Positions 41,887 through 55,456 of a stretch of 64,000 nucleotides of DNA are shown here, piece after piece. The notes below the pieces were generated by a model. That model made no database searches, was not told the origin of the DNA, and was given only the letters and a program-made list of their open reading frames with translations. The stretch lies in contig NC_089431.1 in NCBI RefSeq assembly GCF_026210795.1, forward strand, positions 2,728,001-2,792,000, in the 5' to 3' direction. The stretch comes from Rhizophagus irregularis. Taxonomy: Eukaryota. Position 1 is the first letter of the stretch. Every line of letters starts with the position of its first letter. The position numbers were made by a program, and so were the translations under genes.

Positions 41887-43248
41887 CTTACCATAATTTT
41901 TTTCTTTTAAATAAAGAAAAAAAAAATTTGAAAATGCATTTATATAAATAAATTAAGAATCAATTTTTTAAATTAATTTGAAATTTAGAAACAAAAAAAA
42001 AAAGAATGAAATAATAAAAAAAAAAATCAAAAAAGTTCTAATAAAATTATTTTTAACTAAAAATAATATAAATTTATTAATAACTAATATTTCTCACAAA
42101 AATATATATTTAGTAATTATCTAATAATAATTTGTTATTATTATTAATATTATATTAAAAAAAAAAAATAATTAATTTATTTATTTTAGATCATAAAGTA
42201 ATTCATTTAATTTCTTCATTGTTACGAATAAACCAATCAATTGAAGATAAGTTAGTATTCAATAATTGCGATCAAGATAGTAAACGGGTTTAGCCATGTT
42301 GATGTATGATTTTCTGGACAGAAGTTGGTAACCAGTTTAAAAGATTATCAATTTAATACAATTGATAATTGATATACCATGTAACGTAGGAATTAAAAAT
42401 TATAACTTTAATCTTTCGATACCATACGTACTTTTTTGCAGATACTATAGTTTTTTCTGATATACTACATTTATTTTGTGTATCGCTGACATTTCAACAA
42501 CTGTGTATCGCTTTGTTAAAAAGATCCAATTTGGAAGATACCAAAACTAACGTTGATTATAAATATCGGGTATATAAGAATATGAACAAGTATCAAGTGA
42601 ATAACTAAGCTAACCGCACTTTATATTTATTATTCAAACGAAATTAGTGAGAGTTACCACCATTGTGAATATTTATAATAAAATCATGAAATATCTCATA
42701 AGAGCAATAGAGCATTCAGAAGACGATTACGCATAAGACGATTTAAAATAATGTGATATCTATGACCTTAAAATAACATCATCCTAGCCCACTTTATAAC
42801 AATTTATGAGAATTTGGCCAAATGATAAAAACTTTGACTAGAATATGTGTGAAAAGGGTGCAAATTATAAGACGACAAATGTAAGTAAGTAACGCTGCGG
42901 TGTACGTTCAGAATTATTAGCGGGTAGGAAATTGGTGTGTAAATGCATTTTTCTTCAAATTAACCGGAATATTAAAAAATAAAATTAATTATCATTTATT
43001 AAATCTTTTTAATCTTTTTGAAGATATCATTAAAAATCTATCCGATTATATTTCCTATTCCTGAACAATTCTAATACATAATGAATTATTATTTTGTTAC
43101 TATTTACTTACTGTATATTAAAAAATTACAAAAAAATTATATGATACAAAAAAAATAAATAAAAGGCGCAATTAATGGGTTTACTATTAACGAAGTGAGG
43201 TGATTACATGATTAGGAGAATATATCTCCAAAACATCGCAAAATAAGT

Positions 43249-44919
43249 TTAACGTAATCTATCATCTTCATTCAGACATAAGATGGGTAAATCAGCGGTT
43301 GGATCATATTTACTCGTTTTTTGAGATTGTTGTGTGAATATATTATTCCTATTATTTAGAAAAAATAAATATATTAAAAAAAATTTTTTTTTTTATTGGG
43401 CAATATATATATATATATAATATATTATTCATACATACCAAACTGCTTTTGCTAATCTTTCGTGAGCAAGTAAAGAAGGGTGAAAACAATCAATACCACT
43501 TAATAAATCCAAATTACCACTAGATATATCCATATTTTCCATACCAGGATCATAAGTTACAATAAAATCTTGATAATTTTTTTCTTGAAAATCTGATGTA
43601 ATTTTTTTTAATCTTTCATTATATTGATCAGCTAAATCATCCATAGATTTTCTTGATTTATCACCCAAAGGTCCTGGAACAAAAGCACATTGACATTCTA
43701 AAAATAATCCTGCCACTTTACCCAATACACAATTTTTATCTTTTAAACTTGCTTCAAACATTTGTGATATTTTGAATACTGACATTAAATTTATGAAAAC
43801 TTTAGGAACATTTTTACGAATTTTTTCTAATCCTTCACGAATATGAGATTCAAATTGATCAGGTGAAAATTGGAGTTGTTTGGATAAATCCGTACATCCA
43901 TTACATAAATCGTTATTACCAAACCACATTGTAGCAAACTATAAATAAGAAATCATTATAAGTTATTTATACACGAAAAGAATTTTTTATTACGCAATAA
44001 TGGAAAAAGAATCATAGTTACTTTACCTTCCAATCATTTTTCACATCAATATCTTTTCTTTGAGAAAGTTGTTCAATAAGATAATTCACTAATCAAATGA
44101 TTTTAAAACAAAATAAGTTATTTTAAAAAAAAAAAATATTTCAATAATATATCGCATAAACTAACCTTGTTTGTCAACATTTAATGCCTGTGCACCACTT
44201 TGTGCTGCATTTAATTGATCCAATTTTGGAATATAATTACTTGGACATAAGATACCATAACAAACTTCAATAATATGAGTTCCTTTTGAATCTCCAACTA
44301 ATTTTGGACTAAATTTTCTGAGTATATTTGGTATCGAGACTACATCAGGATCGCCTCCCACTGCGAAATTAGCTCCTCGATATTCGTCCAATGGTTCCTT
44401 TCCATCTTTAAAAATTTGACCTAATTTATCAACACGAACTCCGAATCCAGCTAAAATTTGAAATAATAAAAAATCGTTTGAGTAAGCGAGGTTATTCCAA
44501 AAATTATTTTTAAAAAAAAATTCAAACATAAAAAAAAAAACTATTTACCTATAACCGAATCACCTAAACCCATTATAACCTAAAAAGAAAAAGTTAATTA
44601 TGATTGATTAATTTTTTTTTTTTATTATATTATGTTGAAAAAATAAAATAATTCGATAATTAATTACCTTGATATCATCTGCTCTCAAATCTCGAACGTT
44701 TGTCGGTGGAGCTGCTCTTGGAGGTAGTGGAGGACACTTTGAGATATCATCAACGAAAAGACGATCGTTTTGTTTGGTATTAGTTCCATTTTTAAACTTT
44801 GGTGCTGGTAAGGATGTTACTGCGGTAGAAAAAATTGTAATCCATAATAATAAGATAACGGAAATACTTGGTGCGGTAGGGAAGGAAATGTGTTTGTATG
44901 TATATCGATCAAGTTTCAT
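43249..44919 (-). CDS. GDSL/SGNH lipase, phospholipase B1-like, with N-terminal signal/anchor
   Basis: Six exons; GLGDSVIAG (block I), LNAAQSGA, WFGNNDLC (block III) and DCFHPS (block V); hydrophobic ISVILLLWITIFSTAVTS. Confidence 0.9.
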
Positions 44920-46061
44920 GGTTTTTTTTATATAATCTATTTATTCTAAATTTATGATCTAATATCAAGTATCTAGAAGAAAAGAATGTTAAATAAAACA
45001 ATGCTAAAAAGAAAGAAAGAATGAATGAATGAAAATGATGAGGTGGGATATTAAGAGAAAGAATAATGAGAATGCCTAGCACTGCTAGGTGTTTGTAAAA
45101 AAGTAAAGAATGAAAAAAAAAGGAGGGAAAATGTACCCCACCTCAAACTAAAAAAGTAAGAGAAAGAAAAAAAAGGTAAAAAAAAAAATTGGAAAAATTG
45201 GGAAAATAATTTAATTTCCACATCAATTTATACAAATCTTTGACCGCCTTTTTTCTTTAAAAGTATATTACAACCGGGAATTATAGAAGATCTTTACATT
45301 GTTTCAGTCAAAAAAGCATTTTTCACCTAATTCGGATTATAAACACATTAAGATTACAAAATGTTAAATGTTACACAAAAGATAAGTTAGTGAAACAATG
45401 CTCATGTTCATATTAGGATATTTTCAATTATAAACTTGGTAAAGAAAATAATTTAATTACCTTATATAGTATAATACTATGGTTTTTGTTTATTCAACAT
45501 CTGCCAAGAAGATTTCTATATACGTTTTATAATTCAACAAAATTATAGATAGATAATAAATGGTTAACAGTTGTTTAACTTGAAAACAAAGATAAAATCC
45601 AATAGACTAAAATCATTCATAATTCTGTAATACATTGCGTATAAAACTTTGTTTTTTTTTAACATCCGGATCAAGAAATATTGTAACTGCCCTTTCCCAA
45701 TTCAAGTATAATGTGTCAAGATCGACAAATCAGAGTAAACCTCAATTTGTAATTAGGGTATTTACCATAAACCTGTCAGAAATAATTAGTACAAAAAGTA
45801 TATAATTTAAAGTATTATTAAATATGATTATCAATCAAATATAATGTCAAAACCCATGAATAGTTATAAGTTTAATTAGAATAATAATGCATAATATAGC
45901 ATATAATTTAAAAGAAAAAAAAACTTATACTAATAATACTATCATCAGCTATTACATAATTTGTACAATTAAAGAAAAAAATTTAACAAATTCTCGTACA
46001 ATTACAGGTAAATAAATATATATATATAATATATAAACAAAGATATACGTCAAATGACTTA

Positions 46062-46822
46062 TCACGAGGAACTTTTTCCAAACATATTATTGGCCATACT
46101 TATAAAGCTATTTACACGCCTAGAACTTTTGGAGGTATCACGATTTTCGAGAAGTTCTAAAGATTTTACTTTAACCAAATCGTTTGTTGCTGATATATTA
46201 TTAGTATCAGAGATCTTAATTTTTCCTCCTTGTTGTTTAATTATATTTGATAAAGTATTTGTCATAACTTCAATGGCAAGAAATGAGGAACCGGAAGATC
46301 TTTTTGATTCAATATCATCATCACTCATTGAAGTTGTTTCTGATATTATATCCCTCATTTCATTTGTCCTTTTTGCAAGTTTTATAGGATTTTCATTTTC
46401 ATCTTTTTCAGCATTGAATTTTCGTCTATGATGAAAAACGAAAATTATTGCGGCAATTATTAGAAGACACATTGTTACTAAACAAACTATTATTGGAATA
46501 GTTTGAGTTGAGGAGTGTTTTCCAGTTACATGTGGAGAAGGTATCGATGTTACCGTTTGCGTATCGAAACCTAGAAAAAAATTATAATAAAAAATTAATA
46601 AATGCATTGTTGGATTCTACTATGGTTATTAGAAAATAAATTCCCATGTATTTTGCGCGAAAAAAAAATAATAATATAATTACCTCCATTTACCGATGAG
46701 ATAGTATTTGTGCTTTCTAACTTATTCATTATATTTTTATCATATCTTATAATTGAAGGATTAATATTCTTTTTAACGGAACTTAATGATTTTTTAGTCC
46801 TAATTTCTCCCCTTATTTTCAT
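46062..46822 (-). CDS. Single-pass membrane protein, S/T-rich before the TM
   Basis: Exon 46822-46684, intron 46683-46571, exon 46570-46062 in frame. TM IPIIVCLVTMCLLIIAAIIFVF followed by HHRRK. Confidence 0.8.
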
Positions 46823-48022
46823 ATTTATTGAATCTTTTATTAAAAGGATTTAATAAATATGCATAAATAGCTTTAAAATGAAAAGAATGAAGTGGTTTAA
46901 TAATTTAAATAATTAATAATTAATGTATATAAGACGTACTTCAATAAGAGCAAAATACGTTTATAAAAATAATTCATGAATTTTATTGAAAAGGAACCAA
47001 AAGACGAAAGCATGAAGGTGATTGCTTCATAAAGGAATCGCCACATTACTATTGTTGGACAGGAAACTGTAATATGGTAATATGGTTTTTTTAAATTCGG
47101 AAAAAATAGTTACAGGCATGATTATACAGATAAAGTGTATTATACTATCGTTTATTTAAAAATTATTTTTCGTACGACAAACTTAAAATTATTTAATTAA
47201 AAATGTGTTCATAAAAATTAATTAGAATGAGACGTAGAATTAAGAATTGTGATATCAATTTGATCAATCAGTTATCGTTGCACGCGAATAAAGTTGGCTT
47301 GAAACCAAACAAACACAACGCCAAAGTCTTTTTCCATTGTTCTTTCGATTCCCCTCAACTTTTTTTACTATAACGAATTTGAAATAAACGTATGATATTT
47401 CTTTATATTTTCGTTATATTGAACATACCTTCATATATCGATTATTATGAACTTTTTTTAAATTTTAAATTTTAAATTTTTAAAGCATGACGAGAAAAAA
47501 AAAAATGAAAATATTATAAAACAAATTATTTTCTATTTATTTTAATATTAAAACTTAATATAAATGTAAATTAATGTTTCAATTTGAATATATTTATTTA
47601 TTTTGGTCCCGAAACATCCGTTTTTTTATTTATTTATTTTTTATTATTTTTGTTTACATGTTTTAGTGACCAATATTAATGTGACTTCTTGTGTCACATT
47701 TATCATCATGACACCATCTTTTAGTCTAAACCATACTTGGTTAATCATATTTTTGTAAATTCTTTTAAAAGATTCTTGGATGTTTATTGATGTTATTGAA
47801 ATGCACTTACTTTGGTCGAAAATTGAAACATCAATAGGCTTGTTTTTTCATTGTTGACAATTTTGTAGATCAAATAATTTTTAAAACATTTGTTTCCCAA
47901 CTTAATCTTTATCCATTAAATTTTGTATAACACTCAATAATCAATAATATTTTAAGGATTTCCCAAGAAATATTTTAAAGTATTTGTAATAGTTTATTGG
48001 TTGAGAGAGTTAAAAGTATTTA

Positions 48023-48031
48023 AGAAAGGGG
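48023..48031 (+). promoter_or_regulatory. Shine-Dalgarno-like motif upstream of the LRR gene
   Basis: agaaagggg ends 8 nt before the ATG at 48040. Confidence 0.45.
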
Positions 48032-48039
48032 TAAACTTT

Positions 48040-49237
48040 ATGGTTAAAGCACAGGGAATGGTTGGATAGGAATTATCTTAAAAATATTAGGAGTAGTATC
48101 ACAGGTCTAGATATTAGTAATGATGAATATGATTCTGATGACGAGAAATTATCCGGTTCTCTAAAATTGGAAAATTTTCACTGTCTGGAAAAATTAAATT
48201 GCCGTTATAATCTATTGACTAGTCTGGACTTAAGCAATTCTTATTTATTAATTGTTCCGAAAATAAAGATGTTCCTTTAATCAATTAGATGAGTTGAGCT
48301 TGGTTAAAAATAATGATTTAACTATGATTTATTGTTGGAGCAATCATATATCCAACTTAGATTTAAATGAAAATGTCAAGTTAATTGCTCCTGTAATAAG
48401 TTAGAAAGGTTAAATCTAAGCAAAAATATTAGCCTAGAAGATTTAACTTGTCGAGATAATCTTTTAACTAGTTTAGACCTTAGTCAAAACAGTCAACTTA
48501 CTGAACTGAGTTGTTCGTTTAATCAAATAAATGAACTTATTTTTCCTGCAAACAACAAAATTGAGATTATTAGTTGTATTGGTAACTTATTAACTCAATT
48601 AAATTGGAGCAGACTTGACCCCAACAAATTAAAGATGTTGTTAATATCCGATAACAACTTTTCTCGCCAAAACTTGGAATTTTTAGAACCATTTACTAAT
48701 CTAAGTCATTTATATTTGGGCACAAGCAATAAGGAATTAATTCAACGAGGTATTTATAATCGTTTTCAAGGAAGTTTGAAGCCTTTAAGAAATTTGAAAA
48801 ATTTAGTAAAATTAGATATCTATGAAACAGACATTGATAGTGGTCTAGAATATTTACCAAGTAATTTAAAATCTATTATTATTGATCGTTCTGAACCGTA
48901 CCGAAAAGAAGCAAAAGTCAATCAATTGTTTTCGAATCTAAGACCTTATCGCAAAGAAAGTTTTTCAATGAAAGTTTTTGAACCTGATTTTATTGAATTT
49001 TATGATTTACAAGAGTGGAGAAAGGCTAATGAGAAATTAATAAAAAAAGTCAAAGAGGAAATTACGAGTGAGGTTCTTTTAAAAGAAGCCAAAGAGCAGA
49101 TTTCACAATTGCAAAAAGAGCTAGTAGAAGAAAAAAATAGAAGACTTGAATTAGAACGACAACTAAATAATTTGCAAATTAGTGATCAACCAATTACCCA
49201 AGTTGTTCAATCTACTTCCCAATCTTGGAATAAATAA
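48040..49237 (+). pseudogene. Intronless bacterial-type leucine-rich-repeat protein with C-terminal coiled coil; about three frameshifts
   Basis: Reconstructed MVKAQEWLDRNY..LDIS..LSGSLKLENF, 21-aa LxxLxCxxNxLxxLDLSxN repeats, and YNRFQGSLKPL..DIDSGLEYLP. Frameshifts near 48054, 48255 and 48385. Confidence 0.85.
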
Positions 49238-49619
49238 CCATCCCCTACTCCGGTCGAAAAAACTAAACTCGAAATTTGCCAAAAAAAATATTTGTTTATC
49301 AGCAAGACAATAATTTATCGATGAAATAATGGGCTCGAGAGATAAATAATAAGATATAGATAAATTATAAGATATATTTTATACTTTATTTTATACTTTG
49401 ATCCTTAAAATTAAAAAATTACAAGTGAAATTACAAATATTAAAAAATGTTGAAAGTGATCTAAACTATATTTGGACAGAGAATTATCGAGAGGTATAAA
49501 AAAGTCTAAACTTTACCGACGTAACTGCCGTAACAAAGTTACGTCAAACGTTAATAATTTATATAATATCGAGCTACGTCACGAGTTACAACCTTTCATT
49601 GACTTAATGAGTGACGTAG

Positions 49620-52030
49620 CTAAAAAAAGGAATAGTCTGCACCCCTACTAAATTGATTACTAAAATATTCAGATGATGGATTTATTAGTCGTTTATTTTT
49701 TTGTAGTGGAGGACTTATTTGTAGTGGTTGTAGTCCTCTACTATCAGCATCTTCAAACTGACGTTTTCTAAGTGGAGATGCTGTAAATATATGAAGTTCT
49801 TCAAGTAAATCCAAAGTGTTGGGTCGATTTTCTGGATCATTATCTAAACATTTTTGCATCAGTTCATGATAGCATTGCGGATTGTTAATGTTATAATAGT
49901 TGCCTAATGTTAATTCCCGCATTATAACACCGAGATTATAAATATCTGATTTGATAGAAATTATTTCTCCTCTCAAATTCTCAGGAGCAATATTACTAGT
50001 ATATACATAAAGTTCTTTTCTCATTTTATAGTCACTATAGATACATGAATCCAAATCAGAAACATATATTTCTAGCTTATGATTCAAATCATCTTCTTGA
50101 AGTAATATATTTCCCGAGTGTAAATTACGATATACGTAATTTGTCTTATGAATATTATGAAGTAGTTCTACAATTTTTTTTAATATTGACAATCTTTCAA
50201 ACCAACTCAATGGAAATTTATTTTTAATGTATTGTTGTAAAATTCCACCGTTTGCGTATTTTAATACTATATAATAATATTTTGTTTTTGGATCTTGAGT
50301 AAATCCATAACAACATATGATAATATTTTTTAATTCTAAATATAATTTTAGTTTATTAATAGTTAAATATTTAAGTCTTCGTAAAATTATTTTAACTGGT
50401 CCTGTTCTCGCCCATTGCTGAGATCTGTTGTCCCATAATTCTCTACTTCCATCTAACCAAATTGCAGTATAAAATTCATAATATAAACTGTGCATATTTT
50501 CTATATTATTAAATCGATTAAAATTAATCCATTCAAAATACGTATCATTTGTTATCGCACTAAGTTGGGAATATTGAATAAGTTCATCAAGACTTTCGTT
50601 TTCACTCGTCCAATTAGGAAAATCTTCTTGGAATTTTTGAGCTTCACAATCATAACACCAATTTTGATCTGTGAATTTTGAATCACATCTTTTGCAAGTT
50701 ACATTATTTGTTGGTAAGATTAGATCATCAGGTATAGTTAGAGAAGATACATTATTAGAATACTCTAAAAAAATAATAAAATTAATTTAAATGATTTTAA
50801 TAAAAAACACTATTACTATTTTTTAATAAAATTATAATAATACCAGAAGTAGAATCCCTTGATGTATCACGATATTGGAATAGGCTAATCGTTGAAATTT
50901 TATCATCCTCTTCAAAGACCGGTTCAAGTGACATAGATTTCAATCGTGAAAGAACTCCTTCGATTAATGGTCTAGAATTTGGTTCTGTTTCCCAACAACT
51001 TGTATAAATATGCTTGTATTCCATTGGAGTTCCTTTGACAGATTTTTCTTTTAAACCTTGACAAATCTTAAGGGTCAGACACGCTAAATCCTCTCCATAA
51101 AAAGGTGTTTGGCAACTTGAGATTTCCCATAATATCATTCCTAAACCATAAATATCAGATCTTTTATCCAATATATAATTTTTTCCATGATTTAATTTTT
51201 GTGGATCAATAAATGGTATCATTCCAAAGAATTTATTATTAGATGACATTGTGCTATTCAAATTCTTAGACAATCCAAAATCTGATATTTTAATATTTCC
51301 ATCGTTTATAAGTATATTTTTGGTATGCTAATTATAAGTGTTACAGAAATTAAATAAAGAACATCGGATATTTTTTAGTTCAATGATTACCAAACAAAAA
51401 AAATATTACCAGATCACGGTGTGCAACATTTAATACTTCATGAAGGTATCCAAGGCCTTCCACAATTTGAACCGCAAGCCGCACTCTTTCCTCCCATTCA
51501 AAGCAATTATCACAACTCTTTTTCTTAATCAAAAATTCACGTAAATTTCCTTGGTTTGCGTATTCCAGTACGAGATAATACAATCCTTCATCAATATCTT
51601 TATTAAGTATTTTTTATAACATATTAGAAAATTAAATTTATATAATTACAAGTTTAATTAAAATAATAACTAACTTCGGCTTATTCCATAAAATTGAAGT
51701 ATTCTTTCATGTTCTGTACGACTATGAATTTTTAACTATAATTGCATTTTAATAATAATGATGATAATAAATGTAACATTATAAATTGAAATGGATTTTA
51801 AACTTAAATACCTCATTAATAAAATTTTTAATACAAGCTTCATCGTCTTCAATACCTATTGTTATTTCTTTAATTGCTACAGTTCCTATAGAATTACATT
51901 CTGTTTTATAAATAAGACCAAATCCACCACGTCCTATTCGGGTTGGCTTTCCGCTAAATTTTTTATAAAGTATTTCATTGATTTTAAACTTTTTAATAGC
52001 GGTCTGATACCAGTCTTCGTTTGAATTCAT
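49620..52030 (-). CDS. Tandem kinase-pseudokinase protein A1 (5 exons)
   Basis: Domain 1: GRGGFG, VAIK, HRDLHTKN, DFG. Linker CKRC..WCYDC. Domain 2: no Gly loop, IILRR, YRNLHSGN, DLD. Exons join in frame. Confidence 0.88.
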
Positions 52031-52877
52031 ATTCTAGAGAACGAAAATGTTGGCTATACTGCCCGTTTTATATATGTGCAGATTCTTCACATGATAAAGT
52101 AAGATACCTTCGATATGTAGATTTAGTGTAACAAAAGGCTATATACTTCTACGCTTGATGATGTCATGTCCAGACTGGATGTCGTGTAATTCGCTCATCC
52201 TGAAAGTTCCTTATTCCATTACTCCGTTTTACCGAATTATATTCATAAATGCATATTCAATAATGCTATAAACTGTAAATCTATAATATAATGCTAATGT
52301 TGATTTTTTAATGGGTTTCTTTTTTTATATCGCATAACCCTCCTATTTTACGGTATTTGAATTACGGCATTACGCATAAGATCCATATGCCGTAATCCGA
52401 GGAAAAGTATAACAGTACTCTCAGGATGGAAGCGCAGTGCGATACGGTAAACATTTATAAGACGAAAATAAAAAAGTGCCAAACATTATAAGACTCGTTT
52501 AAGGCAACATATTCTTTGCGATCAGTAAAATAATGTTATGAACCATAATTTAAAATTTAAAGCTGAAAAAATACGCCATCAATTTAATCAGATAAAATGC
52601 AGTAAAATCGGTATAAACCGTAAAATTTGAAATCATTATATAAATATAAACTGTATATTCGATATTATTTTAAACAATTAAGATTAAAAGCATCTATCTA
52701 ATGCGTAAAATGGTTTGGTATAGTTGCATACTTATATTAACCTGTGAATGAACCAATGATTTAAGATGTATTATCCGTTATTGTATTATTTCAACCTTTT
52801 AAATATTATGAAATCTAACTGTAGATATAATCTTAAATTATAAGCTAATAAAATTATTATCACTTCTATCAATCATT

Positions 52878-55456
52878 TCATGGTTCAGGTACATTGTAGA
52901 ATTGAAGTTGTTTAAGTTGTTTATTAGTAAATCTGAATCTAATTTCTCCAGCATAACTTTCTTTGACATTAATTGATGATTTGGTTATTACGTTATTATC
53001 TTTCAATTGTTTAGGTCTAGTCCCAAGAGGTTGATCGCGTAATTCCTGATCAACATTATCAAATTGTTTTTTAAGAGAAGTTGTAGTAAAATTTTCAAGC
53101 TCATCGAGTAAATCTTGAGTAGTGGGTCGTTTTTTTGAATCAGGATCTAAACATTTTTGCATTAATTCATGATAGCATTCCGGAATTCCAATTATATTAT
53201 TTGGACGTACTTCATTTTTTATATCACGAATCAACTTATCCTTATCATCAATTTCATCATAATCAGAATATGGTTCATCTCCTGATGCCAATTCCCACAT
53301 AATAATACCAAGACTATAAATATCTGATTTAATAGAGGTTGAGTTTCCATTTCCCAATATAACTTCAGGAGCAACGTATGGTAAATTACCATATTGTTGT
53401 TGTTCTATTTTAGTACTTAAATTTGCACATGAATCCAATTCAGAAATATATACTTCTAAATTACTACCTTCCCAATTATTTTCTTGAATTAATATATTTC
53501 CCGGATATAAATCACGATGTATATAATTTGCCTCATGAATATGAGAAAGACTTTTTACAATTTTTTTTAATAATGTTAATCTTTTAGTCCAACTGAATGG
53601 AAATATTTTCCGAATATATTGTCTTAAATTTCCACCATTTGCATATTCTAACACCATGTAATAAAATTTTGAATCTCGTGTAAACCCATAACATCGTATA
53701 GCACTTTTAATTTCTAAATGTAAATTTAGATTTTTAATGGTTGACTTAAATCTAAATTTTCGTAAAATTATTTGAGAATCTTTTGTTCTCTCCCATTGTT
53801 GGGATTGTTTGTCCCACCTTTTTCTTATTCCATCTGTCCAAGTTGCAGTATAAATATCACAATATGAACCTTGTATAATCCATTTTTTATTTTTAAATTG
53901 ACTATAATCAATCCATTCAAAATATTCATCATGGTTTTTTACTGCTGCATTTATTTGAGAAACTTTAATAAGCTTGTCAAGATCTTCGTCTTCACTTGTC
54001 CAATTAGAAAAATCTTCCTGTAATGCATGAAGTACACATTCACAACACCGGTCATGATTCATGAGCTGTTTGCCACATTTATTGCATACTGTATTTGTTG
54101 ATGATGTAGTTGGGTTTGTTGGACCATCAGGGATAATATAAGAAGCCATAGAAGGATTAAACCCTAAAAAGCAATATATATATTTAATTAGTTTATTTGA
54201 TCATATTAACATGGAAAAAATAATAATAGTATGTACGCTATATATAATAATACCAGAAGTATTTTCAGGAGATGATGGTGGGTAATATGTTGGATATTCA
54301 TCATCTCCTTCAAAAACTGGTTCAAGTGACATGGATTCCAATCGTGAAAGAACCTCCACGACTAAAGGCCTAGAATCTGGATCTAATTCCCAACAATCAA
54401 CATAGATTTGTTTGTATTCAATTGGAGTTCCTGTGATAGGTCTTTCTCTTAAACCTTCACAAATAATCCTATAAGACAAAAGTTTATAATCCTCCCTAAT
54501 AAAAGGTGTACGACAACTTGAAATTTCCCATAATACCATTCCTAAACTATAAATATCAGATTTTTTATCCAATACAAAATTTTTATTATTCAATTTTTGC
54601 GGATCGACAAATGGTATAACTCCAAATGCTCTATTATCAGTTGATATTGTTGTGCTATCCAAATTTTTGGATAATCCAAAATCCGATATTTTAACGTTAC
54701 CATCGTCAATAAGGATATTTTTCGTATGCTAAAATATATAGAGAAAGTATATATTGCATTAATTCAAATGATGATGTTGCATTCGCCAATCATAGGCGCA
54801 CTGTCATTTAAACATTCCATTCCTCATATATTTAAGGATTATTACCAGATCACGGTGTATGATGTTCTTTTCATTATGAAGATAACGAAGTCCTTCCGCG
54901 ATTTGAATTGCGAGGCGTTTTCTTTCTGCCCACTTAAATTCACCTTCTTTAAATCGTTTTGTGATGAATTCACGTAAATTCCCTTGTTTTGCATATTCTA
55001 GTACGAGATAATGCCCTTTATGTTCATCTTTATATTTTACAGTACATATTTTATAATTATGAATATTGAAATTAAAAAAGTTACAAATTTGAAACAGCAT
55101 TTTAATGATTACCTCGGCTTATTCCATGGAATAGAATTATTCTTTCGTGTTTTATTTGACTATGAAGTTTTAGCTAGTAAAATTTATAAATCGTATTTAG
55201 TTTTTAAGTAACATAAAGTAAATTTGGATATTATTTTAAATTTAAATACCTCTTTAATAAAACGTTTAATATCAACTTCAATATCTATAGTTATTTCCTT
55301 AATTGCTACTGTTCCTAGTGAATTACATTTTGTTTTATAAATTTTACCAAAACCGCCAGATCCTATTTTTTCTTTTTCTTCACTCAGTTCTTCATAAAGT
55401 ATTTCTTTAATTCCATAATCTTCAATGGCAGTTTGATACCAATTTTCATTAATCAT
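52878..55456 (-). CDS. Tandem kinase-pseudokinase protein B1 (5 exons)
   Basis: Domain 1: GSGGFG, VAIK, HRDLHTKN, DFG. Linker CNKC..CCEC. Domain 2: IILRK, HRDLYPGN, ELD in place of DFG. Same intron positions as A1. Confidence 0.88.

Noticed and set aside
48040..48640. TGA=Trp recoding as the cause of the LRR interruptions
   Set aside because: The breaks are frameshifts, and the Trp codons seen are TGG.
49490..49647. Possible hAT MITE supplying the A1 stop codon
   Set aside because: One TAGGGG end and a small hairpin only; no matching TIR or TSD.
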